This document shows positions 45,770 through 55,204 of a stretch of DNA of 55,864 nt, in pieces. Below the pieces are notes generated by a model. The model was not told where the DNA came from, made no database searches, and saw only the letters and a program-made list of their open reading frames with translations. Location: contig CAJXZK010000001.1 of NCBI GenBank assembly GCA_913063055.1, positions 1 to 55,864 of the forward strand, in the 5' to 3' direction. The position numbers and the translations under genes were made by a program. The number at the start of each line of letters is the position of its first letter. Position 1 is the first letter of the stretch. Source of the DNA: an uncultured bacterium. Its GTDB lineage: Bacteria > Cyanobacteriota > Vampirovibrionia > Obscuribacterales > Obscuribacteraceae.

Positions 45770-47467
45770 ATGCCGAGCCTATTCAAACAACAACTAAGCA
45801 AGGTCAATCCGCTCAAAGATAGCAAGAACGGTAGAAGTAGTGTAAGCAAAGATAAAAGACGCTGGCTCTATCTGCCTTACGACCAGGTCAGCGACAAGCT
45901 CGGGCCGCTCAGCAGAGAGAAGCCAGAAACCCTTGGCATTATCTTAATTGAAAACCCAGGAAAGGCCGCCAGAAGGCCATATCACAAGCAGAAACTGGCA
46001 CTGATACTAGCCAATCTGAGACACTTTGCCATCGAACAAGCCGAGCGCGGCGTGGCGGTGCGCCATGAAGTAGTGACCAATGAAAATGGTCTATACAGGT
46101 CGGCCTTAGAAGAATTAGCTCGGGAGCTAGGACCCATTGAGGTTATGGAACCAGCAGAGCGTGAGCTTAGAGTTGATTTGCAGCCTTTGCTAGCTAGCGG
46201 CGCGCTGATGCAGACAGCACATGAAGGCTGGCTCACAAGCCTATCTGATTTAGAGGCAATCGTAGACAAAAACGGCAGCTATCGCATGGATGCCTTTTAC
46301 CGACGGGTTAGGCAAAACACTGGCATTCTCATGGAAGGAGGAAAGCCACGGGGAGGCAAGTACAGCTTCGATAGCGAAAACCGGCTGCCATGGAAAGGCG
46401 ATCCATTACCACCACAACTACCCAGCTTTGCCGTCAGCGACATTACTGAAGAAGTCGGTCAGTTGATTAACAAACACATGGCTAAGCATCCCGGCAAGCT
46501 CGACCTGGAGAATTTACCCGCCACAAAATCAGATAGCGAGCGGCTCTGGGCCTGGGCCAGAGAGAACTGCCTGCCCCTTTTTGGGCCCTTTGAGGATGCT
46601 ATGTCGAGTGAAAATCGCGGCATGTTTCACTCACGCATTTCAGCAATCTTAAATATACACAGGCTCACACCAAAGCAAATTATCCAGGACGTGCTCTCTC
46701 TTGAATTACCGCTGCCAAGCCAAGAAGGCTTCATCAGGCAAGTTTTAGGATGGCGTGAATTTGTGCACAAAATCCATTTGGTCACTGATGGCTTTCGCGA
46801 AATTACACCGGCACCACCTGTAGCATCACATCCCGGCGATGGCGGTTACCAGCTTTGGTCGGGTAAGTGCTTCGCCGAACCCAAGTCTCCGGCTGCTAAT
46901 GAGCCAGATGGCGGAGCCTGCCCATCATATTTTGGTGCGAACAACTCGCTACCGCCAGCCTTCTGGGGAGCTACATCTGGTCTGAACTGCCTCGACACGG
47001 TGGTTCAATCGGTTTGGGATGAAGCTTATAGTCACCACATCACCCGCCTGATGGTGCTTTCAAATCTCGCTACTCTGCTCGATATTTCGCCAAGAGAGCT
47101 AACCGATTGGTTCTGGGTGGCTTACTTCGATGCCTTTGACTGGGTAGTAGAGCCAAATGTACTGGCCATGGGCACCTATAGTGTTGGCGGCTTGATGACG
47201 ACCAAGCCCTACATATCAGGAGCGGCCTACATCAACAAGATGAGCGACTACTGCAAAGGTTGTCAGTTTGATCCAGCCAAGAACTGTCCAGTAACCAGGC
47301 TCTACTGGGCCTTCTTAGAAAGACACAAAGCCAAGCTTGAAGGCAATCTGCGCATGGCCATGCCAGTCAATTCAGTAAAGAAAAGAGCTGACAGCCTCAA
47401 AGAAGAAGATCGCGCTATCTACGAAAATACAATCAAAACTTTGCTGGCAGGCAAGAAACTAGTCTAA
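45770..47467 (+). CDS. FeS-cluster cryptochrome/photolyase (prokaryotic 6-4 photolyase, CryB/PhrB-like)
   Basis: YHKQKL, GGKYSFDSENR, FGPFEDAM, EGFIRQVLGWRE, HHITRLMV, TKPY; four Cys (NCL, YCKGC, NCP). Confidence 0.92.
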   Translation: MPSLFKQQLSKVNPLKDSKNGRSSVSKDKRRWLYLPYDQVSDKLGPLSREKPETLGIILIENPGKAARRPYHKQKLALILANLRHFAIEQAERGVAVRHEVVTNENGLYRSALEELARELGPIEVMEPAERELRVDLQPLLASGALMQTAHEGWLTSLSDLEAIVDKNGSYRMDAFYRRVRQNTGILMEGGKPRGGKYSFDSENRLPWKGDPLPPQLPSFAVSDITEEVGQLINKHMAKHPGKLDLENLPATKSDSERLWAWARENCLPLFGPFEDAMSSENRGMFHSRISAILNIHRLTPKQIIQDVLSLELPLPSQEGFIRQVLGWREFVHKIHLVTDGFREITPAPPVASHPGDGGYQLWSGKCFAEPKSPAANEPDGGACPSYFGANNSLPPAFWGATSGLNCLDTVVQSVWDEAYSHHITRLMVLSNLATLLDISPRELTDWFWVAYFDAFDWVVEPNVLAMGTYSVGGLMTTKPYISGAAYINKMSDYCKGCQFDPAKNCPVTRLYWAFLERHKAKLEGNLRMAMPVNSVKKRADSLKEEDRAIYENTIKTLLAGKKLV

Positions 47468-47537
47468 AGACAAGTTCTACAAGCTAGATCTGGGAACTTA
47501 TTCTACAAACACAATCGACAAAGAATAGAGACCAATT

Positions 47538-47963
47538 CTACTCTGATATAGAAGCAGCAAACTCAACCAATTCAGCAGTCAGACCACGGGTGAAAGCATT
47601 CTGATTAATTTGCGTCGGCTTCAAATAAGCAGACAAAACCTGATTAAATTTTGACTGATCAACTGCCGATCCGCAGGTGAAGAGATCAACAAAGCAAGCA
47701 GCATTCTCAGGATAGGTATGAATGCTCGCATGGCTCTCAGAAAGCAGCAGTACCGCCGTCATGCCACCATTAGGAAAGACATGGTGCCGAGATTCAATAA
47801 CAGTGGCGCCAGCCGCAGCAGCCGCAGCAGAGAAATTCTCTAACAGCAATGCGACATCGAGCAAAGCCGCTGTCGAACAGCCAATCAAGCTCGCCATCAT
47901 ATGGCGGCCTTGAAACTTGTGTCCATCATGATCAACCAAAACTGAGATAGAGGAATTTTCCAT
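47538..47963 (-). CDS. speD: S-adenosylmethionine decarboxylase proenzyme
   Basis: LLSESHASIHTYPE autocleavage motif, VDLFTCG. Confidence 0.9.
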   Translation of the reverse strand: MENSSISVLVDHDGHKFQGRHMMASLIGCSTAALLDVALLLENFSAAAAAAGATVIESRHHVFPNGGMTAVLLLSESHASIHTYPENAACFVDLFTCGSAVDQSKFNQVLSAYLKPTQINQNAFTRGLTAELVEFAASISE

Positions 47964-50299
47964 TAGAAATCTTCTTTTACTTCGTCTCTATTGAGTAGCT
48001 CTTCTACTTGCTTGCAGAGGTCAACAACTTTCTCTGGCATGTCTGAAGCTCTGATGAACTGCCGACAAAGATCGAGTGTTCTTCTGATTGCTCTGACCAC
48101 ATCGCCTTCATCTCGTGGCGAAGACATGCGGATTTGATCCCATGGTGCTCCCTGTGCCCACATTTCAGTAAGACCAGCCAGCTGAGCGCCAAATTCAATT
48201 GGCATATCAACGTCAAAGTCTTTCTGTAAGCGCGTAATTTTCTTGGCCATTTTGCCAATTTCGATGATGGCATGGTCGACATTGTGCGTGACATGCACAC
48301 GCATTTGTTCATTACCGCGAGGCTCATCACCTATGAGAACAGTTAGAAGAGCAGCCAGTTCGGTAGGCTTCAAAAGATCGAACATTCCGCTTATGGCAAT
48401 TTCGCTCAAGAATAATTCGTTCGAGCCGCGAATAGAAGCGGCCATACGACCAAGCTTGGTTGGCTTATTGCCATCGAGATAACCAAGAGTGCGCAAGATA
48501 TTTGCCAGTGCTTCAAAGGTCGTCCAATACTTCGTGGTTTCGCGCTGCACGCGTTTGTCTAGATCTTTGATACGCTTCTGCAAATGCTCGATGCGCTCGG
48601 TTTGGGTGCTACAGGGCTTTTGCACCGGGCAGCCATGACAGGGCATGGCATAAGCTTCTTTCAAGAGTACTTGAATCTCAGCACGGGTTTCGGCCAAAGC
48701 GATAATAGCCGGAGAGCCAGGTTTAATAGCCGATGGTTTAAGACCTTTCTCGGTTGCTTTTAGCTGTTTGTGCTTCGAGCGAATAGTCTCAAGACGCTTG
48801 GCATAAAGCGGCAAATCGCCAAGCTCAGCGGGGCAAAGCGGTGCAGTCAACTTCTGCAGTTCAGTTTCCCAAGCCATTTTCTGGGTATAGGCTGGTTCTA
48901 ATTGCTGATTGACCAAGAACTGACCAAAGCTTCGTTCGATCAATTCACGTGCATCATCAATGGTGTGCCGCTCAAGTAGATTCAAGACCATGCCATAAGA
49001 AGGAGTGAATCGACTAGAAAGCGGGTCAGCACCAGATGTCGCCAGCTTAGCCGCTTCATCCACACTCTCAAAGGGATTGTGCAAAACGACAACGTGACCG
49101 ACTTCATCCATACCGCGTCGACCAGCCCGGCCAGACATCTGCAAGAACTCGGAAGCTGTAAGCTGTCTATGCCCTTCGTCTGAACGCTTGTGAATGGAAG
49201 CAATAACTGTTGATCGCGCCGGCATGTTGATACCGGCAGCCAGTGTCTCGGTAGCAAAGACTACTTTGAGCAAGCCTTTTTGGAAGAGCTTTTCAATCAT
49301 GCCTTTCCAGCTCGGCAACATGCCAGCATGGTGCACCGACATGCCTTCCAACAAATATGGAATATGCGGATGGTTAGCCAAGTTCGGATTGTCTTTAGTA
49401 AACTCTTCTACTTGACGCTTTAATTCTTTCTGTTCATCAGCATGGAGCAAAGGAATGCCCCGAGCCATTTTCATTGCTTCTTCGCAGCCACGGCGAGAGA
49501 ACAAGAAATAAATAGCCGGCAGCATATTGCGCGCAGAAAGTGAGCCCAGCACATCACCAGGGTGGGTGTACAAGCCGCCCATAGGACGTCTGCGTTTATC
49601 AGAGCCACTATGCTGTGGTTTCTTTCTGCCAAAACGTGATTTGAGGAAAGAATTTACCGCTCCACCGGGTGCCAATAGCGGATAGATCTTGCGTTCACCA
49701 AAGTAGTGGAAGCGCAGTGGCACTGGCCTGAAGTCAGAAACGACAAGTTCGGTCGGTCCATGGGTTTCGTCGATCCAGGTAGTAAGCTCTTGAGCGTTCG
49801 CTACTGTTGCCGAAAGACCAACAAGCTGAATATCTTTCGGAGCATAAATAATCGATTCTTCCCAAACCGTGCCCCGATCAGCATCATTCATGTAATGACA
49901 TTCATCTAAGACAACAAAGGCAACATCGCGCAAGTTGCGACTAACGTCACCAAGAATGGTGCCATACAACATGTTGCGAAAAACTTCAGTAGTCATTACA
50001 ACAACAGGAGCATCACGGTTGACCGAAAGATCACCAGTGAGTAAACCAACTTTTTCATCCCCGTACTTTTGCTTCAAGTCATAGAGCTTCTGGTTAGATA
50101 GAGCTTTAAGCGGCGTTGTGTAATAGCAACGCTTGTTTGACATCAGCGCCATCTCGACAGCATATTCCGCTATGACTGTTTTTCCTGAACCGGTCGGCGC
50201 GCAAACAACTACGCTCTTGCCTTCCTCTAGGTGTTTCATCGCTAGAAGCTGAAACTCATCCAGCTCGAAAGGAAATAGGTGGGCTACGTCAATTTGCAC
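47963..50299 (-). CDS. helY: Ski2/HelY-like DExH RNA helicase
   Basis: APTGSGKT, PLKALSNQK, DECH, SAT, QMSGRAGRRG, DSHCT-like C-terminus EGDVVR. Confidence 0.92.
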   Translation of the reverse strand: MQIDVAHLFPFELDEFQLLAMKHLEEGKSVVVCAPTGSGKTVIAEYAVEMALMSNKRCYYTTPLKALSNQKLYDLKQKYGDEKVGLLTGDLSVNRDAPVVVMTTEVFRNMLYGTILGDVSRNLRDVAFVVLDECHYMNDADRGTVWEESIIYAPKDIQLVGLSATVANAQELTTWIDETHGPTELVVSDFRPVPLRFHYFGERKIYPLLAPGGAVNSFLKSRFGRKKPQHSGSDKRRRPMGGLYTHPGDVLGSLSARNMLPAIYFLFSRRGCEEAMKMARGIPLLHADEQKELKRQVEEFTKDNPNLANHPHIPYLLEGMSVHHAGMLPSWKGMIEKLFQKGLLKVVFATETLAAGINMPARSTVIASIHKRSDEGHRQLTASEFLQMSGRAGRRGMDEVGHVVVLHNPFESVDEAAKLATSGADPLSSRFTPSYGMVLNLLERHTIDDARELIERSFGQFLVNQQLEPAYTQKMAWETELQKLTAPLCPAELGDLPLYAKRLETIRSKHKQLKATEKGLKPSAIKPGSPAIIALAETRAEIQVLLKEAYAMPCHGCPVQKPCSTQTERIEHLQKRIKDLDKRVQRETTKYWTTFEALANILRTLGYLDGNKPTKLGRMAASIRGSNELFLSEIAISGMFDLLKPTELAALLTVLIGDEPRGNEQMRVHVTHNVDHAIIEIGKMAKKITRLQKDFDVDMPIEFGAQLAGLTEMWAQGAPWDQIRMSSPRDEGDVVRAIRRTLDLCRQFIRASDMPEKVVDLCKQVEELLNRDEVKEDF

Positions 50300-50522
50300 T
50301 GGGTAGGGATGGTCTCCATGGGTCGTAGGTTCAAAATCTTGGCAATAACTTGAGACTTGAGCTATCGGTTCACCTATTGGTTGAAATAGCAGTTCAGATG
50401 AAAGTCATAAGTTATTAAGGGATTTTAGCAGTGATTGCCTCTGCAAATGGTCAAATGCGGCCCTGACAATTACAGGAAATATAGTCTGCGGTATAATTGC
50501 CCCCATCTCTTTCAAAAGATAC

Positions 50523-50597
50523 CGGGACGTAGCGCAGGGGTAGCGCGCACCTTTGGGGTGGGTGAGGCCGGAGGTTCGATTCCTCTCGTCCCGACCA
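50523..50597 (+). tRNA. tRNA-Pro(GGG)
   Basis: Acceptor CGGGACG/CGTCCCG-A-CCA; anticodon arm CACCT-TTGGGGT-GGGTG; T arm GGTTCGATT; TATAAT at 50492. Confidence 0.97.
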
Positions 50598-50634
50598 GTT
50601 AAAACTAAAAATTAGACTTCGAGCTAATATCTAC

Positions 50635-51090
50635 TTGGCTAATGACTGCGTATTGGTTGATATTGACGGAACGCTGGCTGACTGCGAGCATCGCCGGCAC
50701 TTCTTAGACGGTGAAGTAAAAGACTGGAAGTCGTTTCTATCGCCAGAAATGGCCGCCCTAGACACGCTGCATGAACCGGTAGCCAAAGTGATAACCGCCT
50801 TAGCCCAGGCTTCATATCCCATTATTTATGTCTCAGCTCGCAACAGCAGCTTGCGAAAAGTTACAGAGAACTGGCTAAAAGAGCATGATCTCTGGTTTGC
50901 GCCCCGCTTGCTCTATTTGCGCAAAGAAGGCGATATGCGCGCAGACACTATCGTCAAACGTGAGCTGTTAGAGCGCATTCGTGCCAAAGGTTACCATCCA
51001 ATTTTGTCTTTCGATGATCGCAACTCGGTTGTGGCCATGTGGCGAGACGAAGGCATAACCTGTCTACAAGTGGCTGACGGCGACTTTTAG
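50635..51090 (+). CDS. HAD phosphatase resembling the T4 PseT polynucleotide kinase 3'-phosphatase domain
   Basis: DIDGTLAD, VSAR, D.IVK, FDDR..VV.MWR, CLQVADGDF; TTG start. Confidence 0.85.
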   Translation: MANDCVLVDIDGTLADCEHRRHFLDGEVKDWKSFLSPEMAALDTLHEPVAKVITALAQASYPIIYVSARNSSLRKVTENWLKEHDLWFAPRLLYLRKEGDMRADTIVKRELLERIRAKGYHPILSFDDRNSVVAMWRDEGITCLQVADGDF

Positions 51091-51130
51091 CCCACAAAAA
51101 AGGCCAAAGACAATACTAAATATGGTGCAA

Positions 51131-51166
51131 AAAGTGTCAGAAATTTCGAAGAATTTCTGACACTTT
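51131..51166. terminator. Inverted repeat between convergent genes, likely a bidirectional terminator
   Basis: AAAGTGTCAGAAATT-TCGAAG-AATTTCTGACACTTT. Confidence 0.65.
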
Positions 51167-51186
51167 GAGAACTTAGAATTAGAGCT

Positions 51187-51696
51187 TTAAACTATCGAGC
51201 GGCGGCTGTAACGGCGCCGGGTTGGCAGTTGACGGCTTTGATTGGGACACTCAACATCGAAGCCAGCAAAGAACGATTTGCTCGCGAGCGGCACTGGGGG
51301 TGTAACTTCAGCCGGCGGACGAGAAGAGACCTGGCCATTACCAAGAATATTCTGGCGGAACTGACTGCGGCTAATCGGCTCAAGCGAAGTCTGTGGCTTG
51401 CCTTCAGGCAGAGCAATGATGGGCTGAGCGGCCTGGCCGTCGTTCTTAAGCTGCATAGCTGGGTGAACTGGAATAACTGTCTGCAACGCTTGTTCTTGAG
51501 CTGCATTGGCGGCAGTATCGGCCAAAGCGCGGTTGTAAACATCAACATCAATAGACGGGATGCAATTGAAAATCGGGTTGAGATGAACGAACTCACGAAT
51601 CTTGATTTTCAAGATCGCCCGGAGGTGATCTTCTAGCTTGTCTAGAGCGACTGGTAGTTCGTCTGGTAAGAAGGACATGAGGTAAGCCCTCATCAA
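51187..51696 (-). CDS. Hypothetical protein
   Basis: 169-aa ORF downstream of the sigma factor; TTGACA-N16-TAACAT upstream. Confidence 0.55.
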   Translation of the reverse strand: MMRAYLMSFLPDELPVALDKLEDHLRAILKIKIREFVHLNPIFNCIPSIDVDVYNRALADTAANAAQEQALQTVIPVHPAMQLKNDGQAAQPIIALPEGKPQTSLEPISRSQFRQNILGNGQVSSRPPAEVTPPVPLASKSFFAGFDVECPNQSRQLPTRRRYSRRSIV

Positions 51697-51824
51697 TAAA
51701 AAGCAGTAATACTCGCAGCATAGGCCACAAGTGGAGAATGTTAGCAGAGATTAACCGATTGTCAACAACCCTTGGCGAAGAAATCAAGAATTTAATCAAA
51801 TCGGCTCAATAAGCCAATCAAACC

Positions 51825-52757
51825 CTAGCGAATTTCACTGCCAATGATCTCTTTCAAGCGCTTCAAACCACTGTGAACAGCTCTAGATACACCCATTTCA
51901 GACAAACCAAGAACATAGGCTGTTTCCTTTTGCGAAAGGTCATAGAAGAAAACAAACTCAACAATCTGTCTTGTTCTGTCACCAAGCCGCTTTAGAGCCT
52001 GAACAATTACTTCTCGCTCTTCTGAAGCACTAAACATATCTTGGCAACGCTTGTCTGGAACAACGTCACAAAGCGAGCGACGATCATCTCGCTCTTCTTC
52101 ATCAGCGCCAGAATCAAGTGAATCGTAGTGCAGGCGGGCTTCCCATGACTGCTGCGCTTCTAGAATATCTTCAACAGAAAAACCGGAATGCTGTGCCAAC
52201 TCGGCCACGGTGGGCGCACGATCAAGGGTCTTAGTAAGGCGCTCTTCAAGCTGGCTCAACTGGGCATTCATCTCAGTGAGGCGACGGGGCACCTGCACTA
52301 GTGAACAGTGATCGCGCAAATAGTGGCGAATCTCGCCGCGCACATAGCAAGTGGCCAAAGTGCGGAAACTTGCCGAGCGTGTGCGCATGGGGTCGTAATA
52401 CTTAATGGCCTTGAGCAAGCCAATTGAGCCCACCTGTACTAAATCTTCAAAACTATCAGGTTGATACTGACTGTATTTCCGGGCAATCTGTTTCACCAGA
52501 CTCATATGGGATCGCACTAACTGATCGGCTCCGGGCAGACCATTCGGTCCGACACCATCAGCTAACGAAATCACCGGCCGCATGCCAGAGCGGGAAATGC
52601 GGGGGCTAGAGCTAGCGTTAATCTCGCTCTTCTCGCTGCCGCCAACCATTTCTCTTTCGCAAACAGCAGAAACAGCGAATGCATTGCATCCGCTCAACAA
52701 AACTTCATCGCCAGCAATCACTTTTCTAGTCAAGGTCAAATCTCCCGCAATTTTCAT
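51825..52757 (-). CDS. sigF: Group 3 RNA polymerase sigma factor, SigB/SigF/SigG type
   Basis: EDLVQVGSIGLLKAI, GEIRHYLRD, VQVPRR, LSQKETA..LGLSEMGVSR. Confidence 0.88.
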   Translation of the reverse strand: MKIAGDLTLTRKVIAGDEVLLSGCNAFAVSAVCEREMVGGSEKSEINASSSPRISRSGMRPVISLADGVGPNGLPGADQLVRSHMSLVKQIARKYSQYQPDSFEDLVQVGSIGLLKAIKYYDPMRTRSASFRTLATCYVRGEIRHYLRDHCSLVQVPRRLTEMNAQLSQLEERLTKTLDRAPTVAELAQHSGFSVEDILEAQQSWEARLHYDSLDSGADEEERDDRRSLCDVVPDKRCQDMFSASEEREVIVQALKRLGDRTRQIVEFVFFYDLSQKETAYVLGLSEMGVSRAVHSGLKRLKEIIGSEIR

Positions 52758-52821
52758 CTAATTACGATTGACCCTGCACCCTCTCTCCAAGCCCCAGTAT
52801 CTAATCAGCCCCAAAACCACT

Positions 52822-52847
52822 ATTCCCTTGACAACCACACTTTAAAC
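52822..52847 (-). promoter_or_regulatory. SigB/SigF-type promoter upstream of the sigma factor gene (autoregulation candidate)
   Basis: Minus strand GTTTAA-N14-GGGAAT. Confidence 0.6.
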
Positions 52848-52941
52848 CAACCCTTTTGCCCATAAAGTCACTCTCTCTAGCTAAATTGCCGGTTTTGGCT
52901 ACAATTGCACTAGTTCTAATACTTATAAGTAAGCGGTTCTA

Positions 52942-54993
52942 ATGAATAAGGCCACCAAGACAATTACAAAGATGAGAGTGCTCTGGGCCAAAGTACCGGC
53001 ACAAAAGCAGCTACTCTTCATGGGCCTGGCTTGCATTGCTGCTCTGGTAACCTTCACCGCCCGATTCTGGCTACAGCGAGCACAAGAATCAATTAACGAC
53101 TCTGTTGAGCAATTTGGCATGGGCTTTGCTCAAGCACTTGCTCGGGGCGGTGCTGAAGCCCTGACAAACTCTGGCGATTTGAAGAGTTTGAAATATTACA
53201 TTCTTACTCAGCGCGGCAAAATTAGAGCAATCGCCTACGTTATATATGAGGATATGGCCGGCAATATTTTGCTAAATCCCAATTCGCCTCAAGATTTAAA
53301 AAACATCTATCCCTATTACAAAGACTACAAAACCAATCCCGAAAACTTTATCGTTCCGGGCCAAAAGCTCAGCCCCAAAGGCTATCGCGCCATTACTCAC
53401 TTTGTCGTGCCGATGCGCAAAAACAACAAAGATCTTGGTCTTTGCTGGGTTGGCCTCGACAGCGAAGCCTTTACGATTCTTGGCACACAACAAGAAACCA
53501 CTAATTTCTTGATCAACATTTTCTGTCTAGTCGGTGCTCTCGGTGCCCTTGGTGTCTGGGCCAACTACGCCTTGATTAATGGACCACTGCGTACTCTATC
53601 CCAGGGCGCTAGCCAGATTGCCGCAGGGCACTTCGGCCACGTGATTAAAGTGCAACGCGCTGGCAAAGAAATCGACCAGCTCGTCAACGCCTTTAACTAC
53701 ATGTCTAATCGACTGCAGCTCTACGATAAACAGAACGTCGACAGCTTGATGGCTGAGCGTAACAAATTTATTTCTGAACGCAACAAGCTAGAACTAGTTC
53801 TGATGTCGATCGCCGACGGAGTTGTGGTGTGCGATCGCGATAACAAAGTACAAATTGTTAACCGCGCCGCCACTGAAATTTTCGACAAAGATGCCAAAGA
53901 CCTTGTGGGCAAGCCACTTGTCGTTTGCACTGAAGGGCCCGACCAACCACAAATTTGTCAGGTAGTGCAAGCCTTCACTGATACCACTATTGCCCCTGGT
54001 GCCTTAGAGCCTATCGTCGAACAAATTCAATTAGGTGAGCTCACAGTGCGTCTGCACATTGCCCCAATTATTCTCAACAAAGAATTTCTTGGCTCGGTAA
54101 TGATCATGCAAGACAACACAAAGCAAGCTGAACTAGAGCGCATGAAAGCAGAGTTCATGAGCAATGTCAGCCACGAACTGCGTACACCAATTACATCCAT
54201 TAAGAGCTATGTAGATACACTCTGCAACCACGGCGAAAAACTCGATCCCGAAATTCACAGAGAATTTCTCGAAATCATCGACAACGAAGCAGACCGCTTG
54301 ATGCACCTGGTCAATGACGTGCTCGAACTCTCTAAGTTTGAAGAAGCCGAGCGCGATATGGAAATGGTGCCAATGGACATTCACCGCGCCTGTGAATCGG
54401 CCGTGCGCTCACTCAACCTCATGGCCCGCGACCGCGGCATTGAGCTTGAACTAGTGCCTTATCCAAATATGCCGCTGGCCATACTTAACCAAGAATCAAT
54501 TGAACGAGTAATCATCAACTTGATCTCCAACGGTATCAAATACACTCCTGAAGGCGGAAAAGTCTCGGTGATTCTTGGCGTAACCGACAAAGAAATTGCC
54601 GTACATATTAAAGACACCGGCATCGGCATTCCCGAAGACTCTCTAGAGCATATCTTTGACCGCTTCTTCAGGGTGGAGAAGAAAGTCCACACTATTAAGG
54701 GCACCGGCCTGGGCTTAACCATCGTCACCAAAATTCTAGAAAAACACGAAGGCCGCATTACAGTCAGTTCATCTTTGGGTGAAGGATCAACCTTCAGCTT
54801 CTTTATTCCTTTTTATATAGATCCAGCCGTCAAACTTGCCCGAGTCGGTTCAGATAGCGAAAACGGCAACGGGGCCAATAGCGTAGGGAATAATGCGGGC
54901 AATACTGCCAGCACTAGCGGCAAAACAGAAACCAAAGCCGACAGCGAAAATGTAAAGGATAGCCAGGCCACTTCGAGCGAAGTATTGGGCTAA
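52942..54993 (+). CDS. nblS: Sensor histidine kinase TM-HAMP-PAS-HisKA-HATPase, NblS/Hik33-like
   Basis: SIADG PAS start, NVSHELRTP, NLISNGIKYT, DTGIGI, RVEKKVHTIKGTGLGL. Confidence 0.8.
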   Translation: MNKATKTITKMRVLWAKVPAQKQLLFMGLACIAALVTFTARFWLQRAQESINDSVEQFGMGFAQALARGGAEALTNSGDLKSLKYYILTQRGKIRAIAYVIYEDMAGNILLNPNSPQDLKNIYPYYKDYKTNPENFIVPGQKLSPKGYRAITHFVVPMRKNNKDLGLCWVGLDSEAFTILGTQQETTNFLINIFCLVGALGALGVWANYALINGPLRTLSQGASQIAAGHFGHVIKVQRAGKEIDQLVNAFNYMSNRLQLYDKQNVDSLMAERNKFISERNKLELVLMSIADGVVVCDRDNKVQIVNRAATEIFDKDAKDLVGKPLVVCTEGPDQPQICQVVQAFTDTTIAPGALEPIVEQIQLGELTVRLHIAPIILNKEFLGSVMIMQDNTKQAELERMKAEFMSNVSHELRTPITSIKSYVDTLCNHGEKLDPEIHREFLEIIDNEADRLMHLVNDVLELSKFEEAERDMEMVPMDIHRACESAVRSLNLMARDRGIELELVPYPNMPLAILNQESIERVIINLISNGIKYTPEGGKVSVILGVTDKEIAVHIKDTGIGIPEDSLEHIFDRFFRVEKKVHTIKGTGLGLTIVTKILEKHEGRITVSSSLGEGSTFSFFIPFYIDPAVKLARVGSDSENGNGANSVGNNAGNTASTSGKTETKADSENVKDSQATSSEVLG

Positions 54994-55204
54994 ACAAAAA
55001 CTGGCCCAAGACACTGAAACGGCCAACACATATCCCCTGCAAGGCCCGCTGTATATGCGCCTGCTACCACCGGTAAATCCCCTGAACATTAGCAACTTAT
55101 CCATTTACATAGTGGGTTTTCAAGGATGGTCGTGTTATTATCGTTCCGTTGACAAGGTCTCTTTGGACTGGCGTCCTCGGGGCATCCACACTTGGAACTA
55201 CTGA

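Noticed and set aside
50523..50597. tRNA-Pro as an island integration site
   Set aside because: No integrase, and I found no duplicated tRNA 3' end in the window.
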